In this document: positions 9,528 through 19,248 of the stretch, piece after piece | Layout of the letters: every line of letters starts with the position of its first letter | Position numbering within the stretch: the first letter of the stretch is position 1 | Assembly (NCBI GenBank): GCA_020054815.1 | Contig: JAIHAN010000001.1 | Span: 5,836 to 69,835, forward strand | Origin: Peptococcaceae bacterium | Lineage (GTDB): Bacteria > Bacillota > Peptococcia > DRI-13 | DNA: 64,000 nucleotides | Direction of reading: 5' to 3' | The notes under the pieces: generated by a model | What the model was told of the DNA's origin: nothing | The model's database searches: none | The model's input: only the letters and a program-made list of their open reading frames with translations | Made by a program: the position numbers and the translations under genes

Positions 9528-10712
9528 TTATTTTTGTTCATTGTCATGAAGAAGCTCAGGGAGAAAACTCTCTCCCACACAGGTATAATCCAGGTGATAG
9601 AGTTCTGACAGGGTGGCGGCTACATCCGCAAATGTTCTGCGCGTCCCTAAATTTACATCTCTTTTTACCCCTTTACCATAAACCAGCAGGGGAACATATT
9701 CCCGGCTGTGGTCTGTACTGGCAGTGGTAGGATCATTGCCGTGGTCCGCAGTGATGAATAACCAGCCGTCCTCTGCTACAGCCTCTATGACATCCTTTAA
9801 CTGGGCATCCATCTCTTCCAGGGCTTTAGCATATCCCACAGGGTTATTACGGTGCCCGTAGGTAGAATCAAATTCAACCAAATTGGTGAAAATCAAACCA
9901 CTTTTGAGCTCTCCCCACAGTTCGAGGGTTTTTTCCATCCCCTCATTATTACTCCTGGTGGGGAAACTCCGGGTAAGGCCCTGCCCGGCAAAAATATCAT
10001 ATATTTTACCTACGGCGATAACTTCTTCCCCTTTACTTTTCAGGGCATCCAAAACAGTAGGTTCAGGGGGCAACAGGGAATAGTCGTGCCTGTTCGCCGT
10101 TCTGGTAAAATCCCCCGGTCTTCCTGCAAAGGGACGGGCAATCACTCGCCCTACTGCCCAGGGACCGGTTAATAAGCTTCTTGCTTTTTTACACATCTCG
10201 TAAAGTTCAGGAAGAGGAATGATTTCTTCATGGGCTGCGATTTGAAACACACTGTCCGCGGAGGTATAAACGATGGGAAATCCTGTCCTCATGTGCTCTT
10301 CGCCCAGTTCTTTAATGATTTCGGTACCGGAAGCCACTTTATTGCCCAACACTTTACGCTTGATAAGTTTTTCAAAGGCTGTGATAATTTCGGGGGGAAA
10401 TCCCTGGGGAAAGGTTGGCATCGGGTCGCGGGTCAAGATGCCGCATAATTCCCAGTGACCTGTGGTGGTGTCTTTCCCTTTGGATAGTTCGGCCATACGT
10501 CCATACCCGCCTAACGCCATAACATCTCCCGGTACCCCCGGTATGTCCGTGATTTTGCCTAAACCTAAACGGGCCAAATTCGGCAGTTTTAAACCTTTAA
10601 CGGCTTCCGCTATATGTACCAGGGTATTACTACCCACATCGCCATACAAATGGGCATCGGGTAAAGCACCGATACCTACACTATCCATAACGATCAACAT
10701 TGTTTTTGTCAT
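9528..10712 (-). CDS. deoB: Phosphopentomutase
   Basis: [32 protein letters not shown]. Confidence 0.96.
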   Translation of the reverse strand: MTKTMLIVMDSVGIGALPDAHLYGDVGSNTLVHIAEAVKGLKLPNLARLGLGKITDIPGVPGDVMALGGYGRMAELSKGKDTTTGHWELCGILTRDPMPTFPQGFPPEIITAFEKLIKRKVLGNKVASGTEIIKELGEEHMRTGFPIVYTSADSVFQIAAHEEIIPLPELYEMCKKARSLLTGPWAVGRVIARPFAGRPGDFTRTANRHDYSLLPPEPTVLDALKSKGEEVIAVGKIYDIFAGQGLTRSFPTRSNNEGMEKTLELWGELKSGLIFTNLVEFDSTYGHRNNPVGYAKALEEMDAQLKDVIEAVAEDGWLFITADHGNDPTTASTDHSREYVPLLVYGKGVKRDVNLGTRRTFADVAATLSELYHLDYTCVGESFLPELLHDNEQK

Positions 10713-10728
10713 ATGCTTATCCTCCTAA

Positions 10729-11616
10729 TTATGCCCGGGGATGAGTTTTGTTGTATACTTCTTTAAGCTTACTTTTCGTTAGGTGGGTGTAAATCTGTGT
10801 AGTAGAGATATCGGCATGCCCCAGTAATTCCTGGACAGATCTTAGGTCAGCCCCATTGATTAAGAGATGGGTAGCAAAGGAATGCCGCAAGGTATGGGGC
10901 GTAATTTCTTTATTGATGCCAACTGCCACAGCATACTTCTTTATAATTTTCCAAAAGCTCTGCCTCGTCATACGCTTTCCGTGATAATTGAGAAACAGGG
11001 CTTTTTCTCCCGTTTTTTTTACCAGGAGGGGCCGTGCTCTTTCTAGATACTGTTGAAGACTGTGGGCAGCCAAAGAACCTACAGGAATAATCCTCTCTTT
11101 GTTTCCTTTTCCGACACAGCGTACAAAGGCCAAATCAACGTCTACATGATTGAGGTCTAAACCGATCAACTCCGAAACCCTCATGCCCGTGGCATACATC
11201 ACTTCTAACATGGTCTTGTCTCTTAAATTTCCCGGGGCTGAACCCCGGGGCCCCGCTAAAAGCTTGTCAACCTCTTCCACCGTCAGCACCTTGGGCAGTT
11301 TCTCGGCCAGTTTGGGGGCATCCAAGTGAATGCTGGGGTCTGCCTCCAGGTATTTCTCAAGGCATAAAAAGCGAAAAAAACCTTTGAGAGACGAAATTCC
11401 CCTGGCTACTGTAGCCGGCGAGAACGTGCTTTTTTTAAGATAAAAAACGTAACCAGCCAGTAAATCTTTGTCGATTTCCTCTATTTTTACTTTTTTCGTA
11501 TTTTGCAGGTACATGAGAAATTTGGTTACATCTCTTTTATAGGAGTCCAGTGTATTGCGGGAAAGCCCTTTCTCCACCTGAAGATACTCCATAAATTCGG
11601 CCAAAAGCTTGTCCAT
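10729..11616 (-). CDS. xerD: Site-specific tyrosine recombinase XerD
   Basis: YATGMRVSEL, HTLRHSFATH, LLGHADISTTQIY; xerD-deoB-pdp synteny. Confidence 0.93.
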   Translation of the reverse strand: MDKLLAEFMEYLQVEKGLSRNTLDSYKRDVTKFLMYLQNTKKVKIEEIDKDLLAGYVFYLKKSTFSPATVARGISSLKGFFRFLCLEKYLEADPSIHLDAPKLAEKLPKVLTVEEVDKLLAGPRGSAPGNLRDKTMLEVMYATGMRVSELIGLDLNHVDVDLAFVRCVGKGNKERIIPVGSLAAHSLQQYLERARPLLVKKTGEKALFLNYHGKRMTRQSFWKIIKKYAVAVGINKEITPHTLRHSFATHLLINGADLRSVQELLGHADISTTQIYTHLTKSKLKEVYNKTHPRA

Positions 11617-11683
11617 GCAAGAAATGCCTCCCTTTTGTAGAAAATATATATTACCATTTCCACAAAAGAGAGTAATTTCCTCT

Positions 11684-11938
11684 TTACTTCTTGGGGACTG
11701 TGGTAGCCGGATTAGTATTTTTGGTCGGGGAGTTGGAGTTAGCTGGTTGGCCTTGTACCTTTACCGGTTGTGTGGTTACATCCTTCTGCAGGTTATCGGA
11801 AGGAGCTACGGTGGCATTATCCTTGGGAGTCAAATACCGGTTCAAACCCAGTCCCAAGCCTACTAACAAACACACACATACCAGTAAGGCCAAAAGTTTT
11901 CTTTTCCACCTGGTTATCGTAATTAAAACCATAGTCAT
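11684..11938 (-). CDS. Small membrane-anchored hypothetical protein
   Basis: AAGGAGGA RBS, one TM helix, P/T/N-rich tail; sigma-E-like TCTAAGA-N13-CATATAT upstream. Confidence 0.6.
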   Translation of the reverse strand: MTMVLITITRWKRKLLALLVCVCLLVGLGLGLNRYLTPKDNATVAPSDNLQKDVTTQPVKVQGQPANSNSPTKNTNPATTVPKK

Positions 11939-12037
11939 CCCTCCTTTTTTAGTTATATATGTGGTGTGATAAACTCTTAGAATATGTACACATTCTCCAG
12001 TCCCTTAAATTTTAAAATTTTTAGATAGACTATTTAC

Positions 12038-12067
12038 TTATAAGCCTTTGTGTTTTCGGTCATTCTA
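12038..12067 (+). promoter_or_regulatory. Sigma-F/G-like promoter of the ferredoxin gene
   Basis: TTATA-N15-GGTCATTCTA (equivalent to N18-CATTCTA). Confidence 0.45.
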
Positions 12068-12110
12068 TAGCTAAAGAACTTTGTTGGATTAAAACATGGG
12101 AGGAATAGCT

Positions 12111-12395
12111 GTGGAAAGGAAATGGAAACAAACGACTCAGGAAAATAACCGCGGTACCTGGACTATATTTCCCGATCTTTGTAAAGGCTGTGGCCTTTGT
12201 ATTGAAAAATGTCCCGTGAAAGTCATATATTGGTCAGAAGAACTGGGCTTTATGGGGACACCCGCCGTTAAAACACGGATGGAAGGCTGTATTGTCTGCG
12301 GAATTTGTGAGACTGTCTGCCCGGAACCTGCTATCAGAGTGGAACGCAAAGCTAAAGAAAAAGCACCTGCAGCCCGTGTGGTCAATGAAAGTTAG
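12111..12395 (+). CDS. 2x[4Fe-4S] dicluster ferredoxin (KorD/delta-like)
   Basis: CKGCGLCIEKCP and CIVCGICETVCP; GGAGGA RBS before GTG at 12111 (track start 12096). Confidence 0.88.
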   Translation: MERKWKQTTQENNRGTWTIFPDLCKGCGLCIEKCPVKVIYWSEELGFMGTPAVKTRMEGCIVCGICETVCPEPAIRVERKAKEKAPAARVVNES

Positions 12396-12428
12396 TGGAG
12401 ATAGGTAAATTTCTTTGTCAACACACGT

Positions 12429-12467
12429 AAAAGACCAAGAGCTTTCATTTAACTTCTTGGTCTTTTG
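12429..12467. terminator. Bidirectional intrinsic terminator
   Basis: AAAAGACCAAGA...TCTTGGTCTTTT between convergent genes. Confidence 0.7.
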
Positions 12468-12496
12468 GCTATGAACATCCTATTGAAATATCCCTT

Positions 12497-12859
12497 TTAA
12501 TCCTGACCGTAATTGCCGGTAATTGATTCCACCTTGTAGAAACGTTCTCTTAAGTGCCTGATGGTGCCTTCCGGAACGCCAAATTCCCTGGCCATTTCCG
12601 TATCGCTTTTATTCTGAGCCAAGCCGTCGATGAACTGATCCGCATCGATACCCACTTCATCACATACAAAATGCATACCAGGTTCCACGCCCCAGGGCGG
12701 GCCTTTAAACCCGTGTTTTAGTTCAGTAGATCCCGTTTCATATTTGTAAGTACTGCCTTCACCGTCTAAGGCAACAAAGGCGGCTGATCCCATGGCTGCA
12801 GGTACAAAAGTATGTCCGACGGGAGCATCGCCCAAGAGATCCTGTTTAGACTTTTCCAT
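12497..12859 (-). CDS. Small hypothetical protein with a C-terminal helix-turn-helix
   Basis: SDTEMAREFGVPEGTIRHLRERF; AAGGGGGA RBS; sigma-G-like AAATA-N18-AATAATA at 12899-12928. Confidence 0.7.
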   Translation of the reverse strand: MEKSKQDLLGDAPVGHTFVPAAMGSAAFVALDGEGSTYKYETGSTELKHGFKGPPWGVEPGMHFVCDEVGIDADQFIDGLAQNKSDTEMAREFGVPEGTIRHLRERFYKVESITGNYGQD

Positions 12860-12956
12860 AATTATTTATTCCCCCTTTTTCCACTGGGATTCTACTGCTA
12901 TTATTTACTGAGGAGAATGATTTTATTTCAAATCCCTTAAAAAAGGAAGGATTAGA

Positions 12957-13217
12957 TTGTCTGCTTATCACGGCAAGAATACCCTTTCCGCCATCCGGCC
13001 GGAGAACAGAGAAGAAGCACTGGTTAAAATTAAAACAAAGCCGGAACACATCAATTTTATCATCAAAATATTGGAAACCCACAGTCATCTGGCCATTCCG
13101 GTACAACTGGATCCTCAAGAGGGATATGTAGGGTTACATACCCCCAAAGACCGGTTACAAGAACTTCTCATCATTTTAGAAAATATTCCCCGGCCTTTGG
13201 AAATCATAAAAAAATAG
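12957..13217 (+). CDS. Small conserved protein, DUF4911-like
   Basis: INFIIKILETHSHLA...LDPQEG...LLIILENIP pattern; AAGGAAGGA RBS before TTG. Confidence 0.6.
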   Translation: MSAYHGKNTLSAIRPENREEALVKIKTKPEHINFIIKILETHSHLAIPVQLDPQEGYVGLHTPKDRLQELLIILENIPRPLEIIKK

Positions 13218-13218
13218 A

Positions 13219-13250
13219 GAAAAGCACCCGGTTTTGGCCAGGTGCTTTTT
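13219..13250. terminator. Bidirectional intrinsic terminator
   Basis: AAAAAGCACC...GGTGCTTTTT between convergent genes. Confidence 0.75.
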
Positions 13251-13264
13251 ACTTAATTCATTTA

Positions 13265-14641
13265 TTATCCTCGAGCCTGTTCTTTAGCATAAACGTTCTC
13301 AAAGAAGTCTTTGGTCTCCGATACTACTACTCCGCTTAATAAGAGAAGTCCAATGAGGTTAGGTATAGCCATGAGCCCGTTTAAGGTATCGGCCAGGTCC
13401 CAAACAAAAGAGAGCTTAGCCACAGCGCCAACAAGAACGGCGATGACCCACAAATAACGGTAAGGTTTGATGGCTTTAGTACCAAGGAGGTACTCAGCAC
13501 ATTTTTCCCCGTAGTAAGCCCAGCCTAAAATGGTGGAGTACGCAAAAAGGATAATACCAATGGAGACGATAATTCCACCCCAGGTACCGGGCAAACCTTT
13601 ACTGAAAGCGGCAGTGGTTAAAGCTGCACCCGTCAGAGTCTTCGGGTTAGCCATTTCCCAGGTTCCGGTGATGGTCAATACCAGACCGGTAATAGAACAT
13701 ACTACAATGGTGTCCAGGAAGGTACCGGTCATAGATACCAGTGCCTGGCGGGCAGGATGGTCAGTCTTGGCGGCAGCGGCAGCGATAGGCGCACTTCCCA
13801 AACCGGCTTCGTTGGAGAAAACACCACGGGCCACCCCGAAACGAATAGCTTGAGCCACAGCAGCACCGGCAAAACCGCCGGCAATTGGTTGGGCCCCGGC
13901 AAAGGCGGCCTGGAGAATAGTGGCGATGGCCTGAGGCAGATTGCCAATATACATTATAATGATAACTAAACCACCAAGGATATAAAATACGGCCATAAAG
14001 GGAACTAACAAGGCAGTGACCCGTCCTATACTCTTAATACCGCCCAGGATGACCAGGGCCGTTAAAATGGCGAGGACAACACCGCTGGCCCAAGTAGGCA
14101 CCTTAAAAGTGGTTTCAATTGCTGCGGCTACAGAGTTGGATTGAACCATGTTGCCGATACCAAAACCGGCTGCTGCACCAAAGAAGGCAAAGAGTAAACC
14201 CAGCCATCTCATGTTAAGTCCTTTTTCCAGGAAATACATGGGACCGCCGGCCATTTCACCGTTCTCATCAACAACCCTGTATTTCACCGCTAAGATAGCC
14301 TCGGCGTATTTGGTAGCCATTCCAACCAGAGCCGTTACCCACATCCAGAAAACAGCACCAGGTCCACCCAAGGTTACGGCTGTAGCTACACCCGCGATGT
14401 TACCGGTACCAATGGTAGCAGCCAGTGCCGTCATGAGAGCCTGGAAATGGCTGATATCCCCCTGTGAAGTTTGGTCTTGATTTTTGCTGAAAGCTAATTT
14501 TAAAGCATAAGGTAAATACCGGAAAGAGGCAAATTTTAATCTAAGTGTGAGAAATAATCCGGTACCAACCAATAAGACCAGCATGTACGGACCCCATACC
14601 AGGGAGTTGACCGTACCTACAAATTTTTCAATGGCTTCCAT
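13265..14641 (-). CDS. Sodium:alanine/glycine cation symporter (AGCS family)
   Basis: [34 protein letters not shown] motifs. Confidence 0.93.
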   Translation of the reverse strand: MEAIEKFVGTVNSLVWGPYMLVLLVGTGLFLTLRLKFASFRYLPYALKLAFSKNQDQTSQGDISHFQALMTALAATIGTGNIAGVATAVTLGGPGAVFWMWVTALVGMATKYAEAILAVKYRVVDENGEMAGGPMYFLEKGLNMRWLGLLFAFFGAAAGFGIGNMVQSNSVAAAIETTFKVPTWASGVVLAILTALVILGGIKSIGRVTALLVPFMAVFYILGGLVIIIMYIGNLPQAIATILQAAFAGAQPIAGGFAGAAVAQAIRFGVARGVFSNEAGLGSAPIAAAAAKTDHPARQALVSMTGTFLDTIVVCSITGLVLTITGTWEMANPKTLTGAALTTAAFSKGLPGTWGGIIVSIGIILFAYSTILGWAYYGEKCAEYLLGTKAIKPYRYLWVIAVLVGAVAKLSFVWDLADTLNGLMAIPNLIGLLLLSGVVVSETKDFFENVYAKEQARG

Positions 14642-14753
14642 CTGTTCACTCTCCTTATAAATTTAGATAAGTACAATAAAAAAAATATAGGCCGAATTAA
14701 AAAATATTTCTTTTATTTCACCTCCTAGTCTAACGGGATAGTAATTTATTACT

Positions 14754-14782
14754 ATTATACATTAGGAATCTCTGTTACACAA
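14754..14782 (-). promoter_or_regulatory. Sigma-A promoter of the AGCS symporter
   Basis: TTGTGT-N17-TATAAT; a TGTCGAA 0A-like box lies at 14823-14829. Confidence 0.55.
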
Positions 14783-14863
14783 CAGCTTTGTCAAAATAAT
14801 CTTGTATATTATGCGCAAATTGTTCGACATCTGTGAACAGATGTAGCTTAATAATGTACATTA

Positions 14864-15484
14864 TTAAGCCAGACTTAAAAGCCTGATAAAGACAGGGGAA
14901 ATATATCCTTCAATGAAGGCCGCCCCCAGCATGAACAAGGATAGACCAAGCATAATGATAGAGTAATGCAATACACCCCGTGAGATGGGTTGGGCCCTGA
15001 GCCCTTCCCGTCCTCTGATTAAATACAGGGAGAAGTTTATAGCCGTAACCCCGGCCAGAATATAAGCCGGCAGTGACAAGATATTAGGGGGAACAATGGC
15101 TAACAAGGCCAGGACAACGCCCCGCCAGGCTTTCTCCTGGAGGATAAAGCCGATGGTAAACCCTAAAACGAAACCTCTGGTGAAAATAATCACCAGAACC
15201 AGGGGTAAACCGATTACGGTAAGCCCTAAGACAAAAATTTTACCCAGATTATAAAGATTTCTTAACATCGCCTGTTTCGTATTCATTGCGTAGTTAAGCT
15301 CCTCACTGATCTGGGTTAAACCATTATCTAAGTATTGATGCAGAGAAGAGGTCTGTTTACTGTCGAGGGCCTTTACTCCTAATGAACCAAAAATTAAGCC
15401 TGCCGTAAAACAAAGCAGTACAAAAAGATATACCCACCAGCTTGACCGGAAATGTTGTGTCATTTTACTCTTAAGCTTATCCAC
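14864..15484 (-). CDS. spoIIM: Stage II sporulation protein M
   Basis: LGLTVIGLP...RGFVLGFTIG...PPN...AFIEGYISP; multi-TM. Confidence 0.9.
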   Translation of the reverse strand: MDKLKSKMTQHFRSSWWVYLFVLLCFTAGLIFGSLGVKALDSKQTSSLHQYLDNGLTQISEELNYAMNTKQAMLRNLYNLGKIFVLGLTVIGLPLVLVIIFTRGFVLGFTIGFILQEKAWRGVVLALLAIVPPNILSLPAYILAGVTAINFSLYLIRGREGLRAQPISRGVLHYSIIMLGLSLFMLGAAFIEGYISPVFIRLLSLA

Positions 15485-15507
15485 AGCTTACCTCCTCCTC
15501 TCCTTAA

Positions 15508-15536
15508 ATGTTATGAGGAAAAGGAGGTAAATATAA
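15508..15536 (-). promoter_or_regulatory. Sigma-E promoter of spoIIM
   Basis: TTATATT-N14-CATAACAT. Confidence 0.65.
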
Positions 15537-15539
15537 CTA

Positions 15540-16256
15540 CTAGTCCACAAATTGACAATAACCCCTGGCAATGAACAGTTGGGCTAAATAGTGTACGGCC
15601 AGCACATCTTCCAAAGCATTACTGCTGGCGGCCACCAGGGTAATCGGTGACTTCTTGGCCATGGCTATAGCCCTTTCTACTCCCTTGAGGGCGGGTTCTA
15701 CCCCTTTCATCCCCAGGGTACGGGCAACAGTAGCTGTGGTTATCATCCCTCCCAATTGGTAAACGGCATCATAGATCACACCACCCGCATCGGTTACGGC
15801 TACTGCAACTTTGTTATGCCAATGGGTGAATTTAGCAGTCTCCGCACCCAAATTGGGCCAGATCTCACCTACCGGGAGTCCCTCATTTTCTACACCCCTG
15901 ATGACATCAGCGGCATTGGCCTTTCTCTCCTCGCAGCTCCCCACCCGTGGTTCTGTTATGATAACCACTTCTGCTCCTTTATTTTTAGCCTCCCTTGCTG
16001 CTAATTGTCCGATGCGAAAAGGGTTAACTAACGTGTTACCGGAAGTCTTGGGGGAGGGGCAAGCGCCCCAGATACCTGCTGCTCCTGCTTCTGTGACGGC
16101 CTCTAAGGTGGTGGACATGCTGATGACATCTACGAGTACAATCAAAGCACCCTTTTTGACTGCCTCCAAGGCCCCTGAAAGATTATAAGCAATAGTGAGA
16201 CGGCTTCTTTCACTCTCCCATGATCCTGCCATACTTTCCCCCCGCGCCAGGCTCAA
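15540..16256 (-). CDS. Hypothetical protein, possibly ComB (2-phosphosulfolactate phosphatase)-like fold
   Basis: N-terminal VLVDVISMSTTL resembles ComB VxIDVLRxxTT; C-terminal EDVLA resembles ComB EDxxxA; start may be 16232. Confidence 0.5.
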   Translation of the reverse strand: MSLARGESMAGSWESERSRLTIAYNLSGALEAVKKGALIVLVDVISMSTTLEAVTEAGAAGIWGACPSPKTSGNTLVNPFRIGQLAAREAKNKGAEVVIITEPRVGSCEERKANAADVIRGVENEGLPVGEIWPNLGAETAKFTHWHNKVAVAVTDAGGVIYDAVYQLGGMITTATVARTLGMKGVEPALKGVERAIAMAKKSPITLVAASSNALEDVLAVHYLAQLFIARGYCQFVD

Positions 16257-17388
16257 GTTTAAGTTTTCCTTCCCTTGCTTTCATGATTAATTCCACGACT
16301 TCGTTACTTACTATTTTAGCCAATTCTTCCGGCCCAGCCTGGTGCAGGATGTTCATCTCACTGCCAAAAGTAAGAAGAAGTTTTTCAATGGTTTTCTTTC
16401 CTACACCGGGTAAAAACGGTAAAGGTACTTGATAATAATAAGGTACAGTACCAAACTCCTTCTCACCGGCAGGCGCTATAGCCATAATCCGGTCCAACAC
16501 GCCCACGACCACATGTTCCCTGCTGCCACAGAGGGGGCACGCAGTGACGGCTTCATCTTGAAGAAGTGAAACCTGGCATTTGTTGCAAAAACTGCGGTGA
16601 TATTTTCCTAACTGTGGATCCAGGCCATAATTGGCTTTAAGATACCTTCCCTTCTTTTTTTCCAGTAGATAGACAAATTCGTTAAAAGTGGGCTCTTCCA
16701 GTACGACCAGGTTGTATTCCCGTCCAATCTTTTCTAGGGAGTGAGCATCGGAATTCGAGAAAAACACTCTCTCCCTTAATTCAGGCAAGAGCATAGCCAT
16801 ATTCCTGTCAGCCGACAAACCCAACTCCACTGCTTTGATTGACTCTGCTTCAGCACCAAAGACCTGGGTAAGGGAAGAAGCACAAGCCCCATAAACTCCC
16901 TTATGGGGAGTAAAAACATGGGCTGGAATAAAAATTCCTCCCATGCTCTTAACTACCTTTAGCAGAGTTAAAGCCCGCAGGTTGGTGGCCTGGGTACTTA
17001 ATTGCGGATTTTTCACGTGTACTGCTACAAAGGCAGCAAAATCCTGAAGACGTTCCAGGGTTGGAAAAAAGGCCAGATAATGAGCCCGGCGGCCGGAGTT
17101 TTCTTTGGCTTCCATTTCTATTCCCGTGAATATGGTTATCTTTTCCCCGTAGCGAAAACCACCCTGGGAAAGGGGTACAAGTTTACCCTCTTGGAGAAGT
17201 GTGTATAGATCTGCCAGTACACCGGGGGAACCACAGTCTACTACACCTATCATATCGATTCCTTTACGCGCAAGACATTCATTGAGTATATTGAGGAGGG
17301 TTAAATCGCGGCTGGCTGTAATTTTAACCGGCCGCCCGTCATTGGAACAGCCAATATGGATGTGTAAATCGAGATAAAAGTTCTTCAT
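16210..17388 (-). CDS. Endonuclease Q family PHP-domain protein (YqxK-like)
   Basis: DLHIH, PAHVFTP, ELGLSAD, SNSDAHS..KIGRE, GKYH, CxxC..CxxC, PGAGGKYG; ATGA overlap with the nudF stop. Confidence 0.88.
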   Translation of the reverse strand: MKNFYLDLHIHIGCSNDGRPVKITASRDLTLLNILNECLARKGIDMIGVVDCGSPGVLADLYTLLQEGKLVPLSQGGFRYGEKITIFTGIEMEAKENSGRRAHYLAFFPTLERLQDFAAFVAVHVKNPQLSTQATNLRALTLLKVVKSMGGIFIPAHVFTPHKGVYGACASSLTQVFGAEAESIKAVELGLSADRNMAMLLPELRERVFFSNSDAHSLEKIGREYNLVVLEEPTFNEFVYLLEKKKGRYLKANYGLDPQLGKYHRSFCNKCQVSLLQDEAVTACPLCGSREHVVVGVLDRIMAIAPAGEKEFGTVPYYYQVPLPFLPGVGKKTIEKLLLTFGSEMNILHQAGPEELAKIVSNEVVELIMKAREGKLKLEPGAGGKYGRIMGE

Positions 17389-17921
17389 AGCTGTAGTCCT
17401 TTCAGTTTGACAAGCCACAAAACACCGATAATCGTCTTAGCATCAATGATCTCACCGTTTTTTACTTTTTGATACACTTGGGCCAGGGGTAGCTTAACAT
17501 ACTCTATAATTTCGTCTGGATCAGGAGAAGCTTGTTTTTCTTGCAAATCGGTAGCCAGGTAGAGATGGATAATTTCATTGCTAAAACCCGGAGCCGTATA
17601 AAAAGAAATTAACTTTTGCCAGTTTGCCGCCGTAAACCCCGTTTCTTCCGCAAGTTCACGCTGTGCACAACGAACCGGGTCTTCTCCCCTTTCCAGTTTT
17701 CCGGCGGGAATCTCCCAGGTTATCCTCCCAATAGGATAACGGTATTGTTTCACCAGAAGAATTTCTTCCAGGGAAGTACATGCTAAAACAGCGACGGCAC
17801 CGGGGTGCTGTACCGTATCCCGTATGGCCTTCTTGCCGTTACTCATTATCACTTCGTCCTGCCGAAAAGTGATAAAAGAACCTTCTTTTTGTAAAAGAAT
17901 TTTACTGAACTTTTCCTCCAC
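17385..17921 (-). CDS. nudF: ADP-ribose pyrophosphatase (Nudix)
   Basis: Nudix box GKLERGEDPVRCAQRELAEETG; HPGAV and QYRYP. Confidence 0.9.
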   Translation of the reverse strand: MEEKFSKILLQKEGSFITFRQDEVIMSNGKKAIRDTVQHPGAVAVLACTSLEEILLVKQYRYPIGRITWEIPAGKLERGEDPVRCAQRELAEETGFTAANWQKLISFYTAPGFSNEIIHLYLATDLQEKQASPDPDEIIEYVKLPLAQVYQKVKNGEIIDAKTIIGVLWLVKLKGLQL

Positions 17922-17936
17922 ACTGCTCTCCTCCTA

Positions 17937-17964
17937 TCATAAAAATATGGTTTATACATATACT
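17937..17964 (+). promoter_or_regulatory. Sigma-E-like promoter of mciZ
   Basis: TCATAAA-N13-CATATACT. Confidence 0.6.
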
Positions 17965-17998
17965 GGTTATAAAAACCACAGGATAAGGGGAAATCATC

Positions 17999-18121
17999 AT
18001 GGTCATCACCAGCCGGGGGCTTTTTATGGTGGGCAAATCCCATGACATCTTGCTGCAATTACAATTGCTTCAGAAACAATACAATTATCTCAAACAAGTG
18101 CTGCAAATAAAACTACATTAA
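17999..18121 (+). CDS. mciZ: Z-ring formation inhibitor MciZ homologue, 40 aa (not in ORF track)
   Basis: MVITSRGLFMVGKSHDILLQLQLLQKQYNYLKQVLQIKLH* after an AAGGGGA RBS; GxxxVGK..(E/D)I..L pattern; divergent from nudF. Confidence 0.78.
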   Translation: MVITSRGLFMVGKSHDILLQLQLLQKQYNYLKQVLQIKLH

Positions 18122-19204
18122 TTTACAATTTACCCTCCTGGCGACTTCTTCTCCGGTTGCGGCGCCTGCTAAAAAAAATAGTGGATCTTCTTCATAGCTT
18201 CTACCCATATGAGACATCCTAAGTCCTAATTCATAGGCCAATCTTATACCGTCGTGTCCTCGTCCCCAGATCAGCCGGTGTTTCTCCATGCCTTCTCTTT
18301 TGAGCTGAGTAAGGACGATTTCTTTTTGGCCATCATTAAGTGCCGGTAAAACAATAGAGGCAGCCCCCAGCGCTACTTTGCCCAGGGCTGTTAAGGTATG
18401 ATGGCTGATGCCTAAATGACGTGTGCGTTTTTCAGCAAAACTCAGGCGCGGGATGCAATAAGCCACCCCGTCCAGGGTGGTTACCGCATTGATGATCTGT
18501 CCCACTTCTAAGGCCGTATTGCCCCAGGTAGTACTGGTTCCTACCACGCCGGGACCCATTAAAACAATAATGACATCAGCTTTTAATATCTCCTTGGCTG
18601 CCAGTAACCCGCTGTATAAGTTCACTGCCTCATAGTCACCACCAAAAGCATGCCCGATAGTAACAGTGCCACACAGCAGAGAATTCTTCTTTAAGCTGGC
18701 TACAGCCTGACTTAGGGCCAGGGGCAGGGCCCCCCCGTCTGTCATGACATAGGCTATCTTAAGCCTGGGATTTACGGAGACAAGCCCGCAAACACAGGGA
18801 ATAAGCATGCTGTGGAGGGAACCGCAAATCACAGGCGTCCCGGACAAAGACTGGACCCGGACCATTAAGGCATGGTGGGGACTAGCAGGTTCTTCCACCG
18901 CACAAACTTTTAATTGTAAAGGGGTATAACGCAACTTCATGATGTGACCGGGAGTAGTGTACTTCACCTGCTGATCTTGTAGTTTGCCCATGACAAAGTG
19001 ATACCCCCCGCTGCCTAACTTTAAGTCAACAGCAGTAGTATTTAATAACACCTCATCATTAGGCTGCAATTGACCCGTTAACAAAGGAAAAACGTAGGCT
19101 TTGGCCTCTGTGCCCTGTATCTCTACAAGGGCCTCTTCCAGCCCTTCGGCAATTTTTTTAAGAGACTTCACAGTCCCTGTTTGTCTGTTTAGCATTTTCA
19201 TCAC
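18113..19204 (-). CDS. DUF3866 family protein
   Basis: LNTTAVDLKLGSGGYHFV, GHIMKLRYTPLQ, LHSM, YVMTDGGALP, GHAFGGDYEA. Confidence 0.85.
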   Translation of the reverse strand: MMKMLNRQTGTVKSLKKIAEGLEEALVEIQGTEAKAYVFPLLTGQLQPNDEVLLNTTAVDLKLGSGGYHFVMGKLQDQQVKYTTPGHIMKLRYTPLQLKVCAVEEPASPHHALMVRVQSLSGTPVICGSLHSMLIPCVCGLVSVNPRLKIAYVMTDGGALPLALSQAVASLKKNSLLCGTVTIGHAFGGDYEAVNLYSGLLAAKEILKADVIIVLMGPGVVGTSTTWGNTALEVGQIINAVTTLDGVAYCIPRLSFAEKRTRHLGISHHTLTALGKVALGAASIVLPALNDGQKEIVLTQLKREGMEKHRLIWGRGHDGIRLAYELGLRMSHMGRSYEEDPLFFLAGAATGEEVARRVNCKLM

Positions 19205-19248
19205 GCCTGTTCGGGAAAGTTTATGTAAGCCGTATAGCCTTAAGGCAA

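Noticed and set aside
10729-11616. Tyrosine recombinase as a prophage/island integrase or the enzyme acting on the heptamer arrays
   Set aside because: Sequence and xerD-deoB-pdp synteny fit housekeeping XerD. No att sites or cargo, and nothing links it to the arrays.
14642-14863. Glycine riboswitch or T-box upstream of the AGCS symporter
   Set aside because: Leader is short and AT-rich, with no recognisable aptamer stems or T-box motif.
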